Source of the DNA: Pseudomonadota bacterium
GTDB taxonomy: Bacteria; Pseudomonadota; Gammaproteobacteria; Burkholderiales; Burkholderiaceae_C
NCBI GenBank assembly: GCA_022566735.1
Contig: JADFIG010000009.1
Coordinates: forward strand, 6,483-70,482
Length of the DNA: 64,000 bases
Direction of reading: 5' to 3'
Shown: positions 61,641-64,000 of the stretch, piece by piece
How the letters are laid out: every line of letters starts with the position of its first letter
Position numbering within the stretch: the first letter of the stretch is position 1
Translations under genes and position numbers: made by a program
The notes under the pieces: model-generated
What the model was told of the DNA's origin: nothing
Seen by the model: the letters and a program-made list of their open reading frames with translations, nothing else
Databases searched by the model: none

Positions 61641-62309
61641 GTGAGCGCCTTCACCCCCATCGACCTCTACTGCGAGCGCCTGGGCCCGGACTTCTGGGCC
61701 GAGCCGCTCAACGCGCTCTCCAACGCCGCCTTCCTGGTGGCGGCCTGGCTGGCCTGGCGGCTGGCCCGCACCCGCCCGCAAGGGGTGACGCTGCAAGGCG
61801 GGGTGCTGATCGGGATGATGGCCACCATCGGCGTGGGCAGCTTCCTCTTCCACACCCTGGCGGTGGGCTGGGCCATGTGGGCCGACGTCATCCCCATCTC
61901 GGTGTACCAGTTGCTCTTCCTGGTCTTCTATGTGCGCTCGGTGGCGGGCGCCCCGCTGTGGCTGACCGCGGCCAGCGTGGCGGCTTTCTTCGGCACCTCG
62001 GCGGCCTTTGGCGCGCTGCCCGCACACTGGCTCAATGGTTCGCTGTCCTACGGCTCGGCGCTGGTGTTCATCGCGGGCCTGGGGCTGTGGCACTGGCGCA
62101 CCGGCCGGCAAGCGCCCTGGGCACTGCTGGGGGCGGCGAGCGTGTTCGTGGTGTCGCTCACCTTCCGCTCGCTGGACATGTGGGTCTGCCCCCACTTCAG
62201 CGAGGGCACGCACGCGGTGTGGCACCTGCTCAACGGCGTGGTGCTCTACCTGACCACGTGCGGCTTCGTGTTCAACGAGGGCCGTGGCACGCGGCCGGGC
62301 AGGCGTTGA
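61641..62309 (+). CDS. Ceramidase-like (CREST superfamily) membrane hydrolase
   Basis: IDLYCER...WAEPLNALSN, GSFLFH, HAVWH metal-binding motifs; about 7 TM. Confidence 0.85.
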   Translation: MSAFTPIDLYCERLGPDFWAEPLNALSNAAFLVAAWLAWRLARTRPQGVTLQGGVLIGMMATIGVGSFLFHTLAVGWAMWADVIPISVYQLLFLVFYVRSVAGAPLWLTAASVAAFFGTSAAFGALPAHWLNGSLSYGSALVFIAGLGLWHWRTGRQAPWALLGAASVFVVSLTFRSLDMWVCPHFSEGTHAVWHLLNGVVLYLTTCGFVFNEGRGTRPGRR

Positions 62310-62441
62310 ATCCGCAGCCTTTCCCCTGTCCGGCGGGCCAGGAAGTTCGATAGACTGCAGCGTCATCACGGAGGTTCACGGGCCGGCCTCCGCGGGCCCC
62401 GGGCCCGAACGTGGCCCCAACACGAGGTTCATTGGGTGCAG

Positions 62442-64000
62442 ATGCTCCGACGACTGTGGTGGCTGCTGTGGCTGTGGGGTCAAGCGCTGGCGTTCAGCGC
62501 TCAGGCAGGCGTCGTGCACCTGTCCCCCGGGGTGGAGAGCCATGCGCTCAACCCCGCGGCAGAGGTGCTGGAAGACGCTTCCGGGCGCCTCACGCTGGCC
62601 GATGTCAGCACGGGCCCGGCGGCTCGGCGCTTCCAGCCGGCGCACCCCGGCTTGTCGAGCTTCGGCTTCACGGACTCGGCCTTCTGGTTCCGCATCGAGC
62701 TGGACAACCCCAGCGACCAGCCCAGGCCCATGGTGCTGGTGCTGCGCACCCCCTGGCTGGACACGGTGGAGCTGTTCAGCCCGCAGGCCGGCGGTGGCTT
62801 CCAGGCGCAGAAGCTGGGCGACACCCAGCCGTTCGCGCAGCGGCTGCACGCCAACCCGCAGTTCGTCATCGACATGCAGGTGGCCCCCGGCCGCCACACC
62901 CATTACCTGCGCCTGAGCAGCTCGCAGGCCTTCATGACGCCCATCGAGCTGTGGACGCCCGAAGCCTTCCAGGACAACGCCCGCCAGTGGTCGGCCTACT
63001 TCGGCATGTTCTACGGCGTGGTGCTGGTCATGGTGCTCTACAACGGCCTGATCTGGCTGTCCACGCGCGACCGCAACTACGCCCTGTGCTGCCTCTACCT
63101 GCTGGCCTTCTTCTGGATGAACCTGGCCTACAACGGCTTCTCCTTCCAGTACCTCTGGCCGGATGCGCCGCGCTGGAGCAACTGGAGCCACACGCCCTGG
63201 ATCTTCCTCTACCAGGTCTCGGCGGTGCTGCTGGCCATGACCTTCCTGGAGTCACGCACGCGGGTGCCACGCATGCACCGGCTGCTGCAGATCCTGCTGG
63301 GGGCGATGCTGGCCTGCTGGGCCGCGGTGACGGCCTTCGCGCCGCCGGTGGTCTACCACGCCGCGCCGGTGTATTTCATCTTCGTGAGCACGCCGCTCAT
63401 CGTGGCCACGGGGGTGGCGGCCTGGCGCAGCGGCTACCACGCGGCCCGCTTCTTCATGCTGGCGTCCATGAGCAGCCTGGTGGGCAGCTTCTGCACCGCG
63501 CTGACGGCCAGTGGCGGGCTGCCGTACAACTTCGCCACCTTCCACGCCGCCGAGTTCGGCATCATGCTGGGCGTGGTGCTGCTGTCGCTGGCGCTGGCCG
63601 ACCGCATCAACCTGCTGCGCCAGCAGCGCGAAGAAGCCGAGCAATCGGTGCTGCAGCAGAAGCTGCGCTCCCACGCCCTGCTGGCCCAGGCCAACGAGGA
63701 CCTGGAGCGCACGGTGCAGGAGCGCACTGCCGAGCTGGCCCGCGCGCGCGACGAGGCCGAGCGCCTGGCCCGCACCGACATGCTGACCGGGGTGGCCAAC
63801 CGGCGCTACTTCGAAGAGGTGGCCGCCCGGGAAGTGGCGCGGGCGCAGCGCTACCAGCAGCCCTTGTCGCTGGTGCTGTTCGACATCGACCTCTTCAAGC
63901 TCATCAACGACCAGCACGGCCATGCCGCCGGCGATGCCGTCATCCGCACGGCCGCCCGCGTGGTGACGGACGAGTTGCGCGAGGTGGACTTCGTGGCGCG
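62442..64000 (+). CDS. 7TM-DISM sensor diguanylate cyclase (partial, runs off window; absent from ORF track)
   Basis: Translated by eye: signal peptide MLRRLWWLL..., LEDASGRLTLADV and SFGFTDSAFWFR (7TMR-DISMED2-like), 7 TM, then TDMLTGVANRR...FDIDLFKLINDQHGHAAGD...REVDFVAR (RxxD I-site just before the expected GGDEF). Confidence 0.92.
   Translation, partial: MLRRLWWLLWLWGQALAFSAQAGVVHLSPGVESHALNPAAEVLEDASGRLTLADVSTGPAARRFQPAHPGLSSFGFTDSAFWFRIELDNPSDQPRPMVLVLRTPWLDTVELFSPQAGGGFQAQKLGDTQPFAQRLHANPQFVIDMQVAPGRHTHYLRLSSSQAFMTPIELWTPEAFQDNARQWSAYFGMFYGVVLVMVLYNGLIWLSTRDRNYALCCLYLLAFFWMNLAYNGFSFQYLWPDAPRWSNWSHTPWIFLYQVSAVLLAMTFLESRTRVPRMHRLLQILLGAMLACWAAVTAFAPPVVYHAAPVYFIFVSTPLIVATGVAAWRSGYHAARFFMLASMSSLVGSFCTALTASGGLPYNFATFHAAEFGIMLGVVLLSLALADRINLLRQQREEAEQSVLQQKLRSHALLAQANEDLERTVQERTAELARARDEAERLARTDMLTGVANRRYFEEVAAREVARAQRYQQPLSLVLFDIDLFKLINDQHGHAAGDAVIRTAARVVTDELREVDFVA

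Overview
High-GC betaproteobacterial chromosome. Gene content and order suggest Burkholderiales of the Aquabacterium/Rubrivivax type (inference). Most of the window is housekeeping: hemF (partial)-purD-yebC, lplT/alr/radA, murJ/rpsT, argD-argF, flhB-flhA-flhF-flhG-fliA with two chemoreceptors, yeaG-yeaH-ycgB, ybgC-tolQRA, sixA-ppk1-polA, thrB, oxyR-recG. Three accessory zones stand out. (1) A four-gene signalling island after rpsT (11.2-17.4 kb). Its BldC/Xis-like HTH + receiver regulator sits beside two unannotated arrays of 9-bp-period direct repeats, one of which overlaps a clean sigma70 promoter of the island's chemoreceptor. (2) A PEP-CTERM gene splitting flhB from flhA, each of which has a matching FlhDC-type promoter. 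(3) A variable region upstream of recG (56.1-64 kb) with a 13-bp triple repeat/G-quadruplex motif, a parDE-like toxin-antitoxin pair, a PHO-box glpQ, a 14-unit degenerate 21-bp array with covarying mini-hairpins, and an integron-type gene cassette (GTTAGGC...GCCTAAC + attC) with no integrase in view. No rRNA, tRNA or CRISPR array was seen. All calls come from reading the sequence and recognising motifs; no searches were run.
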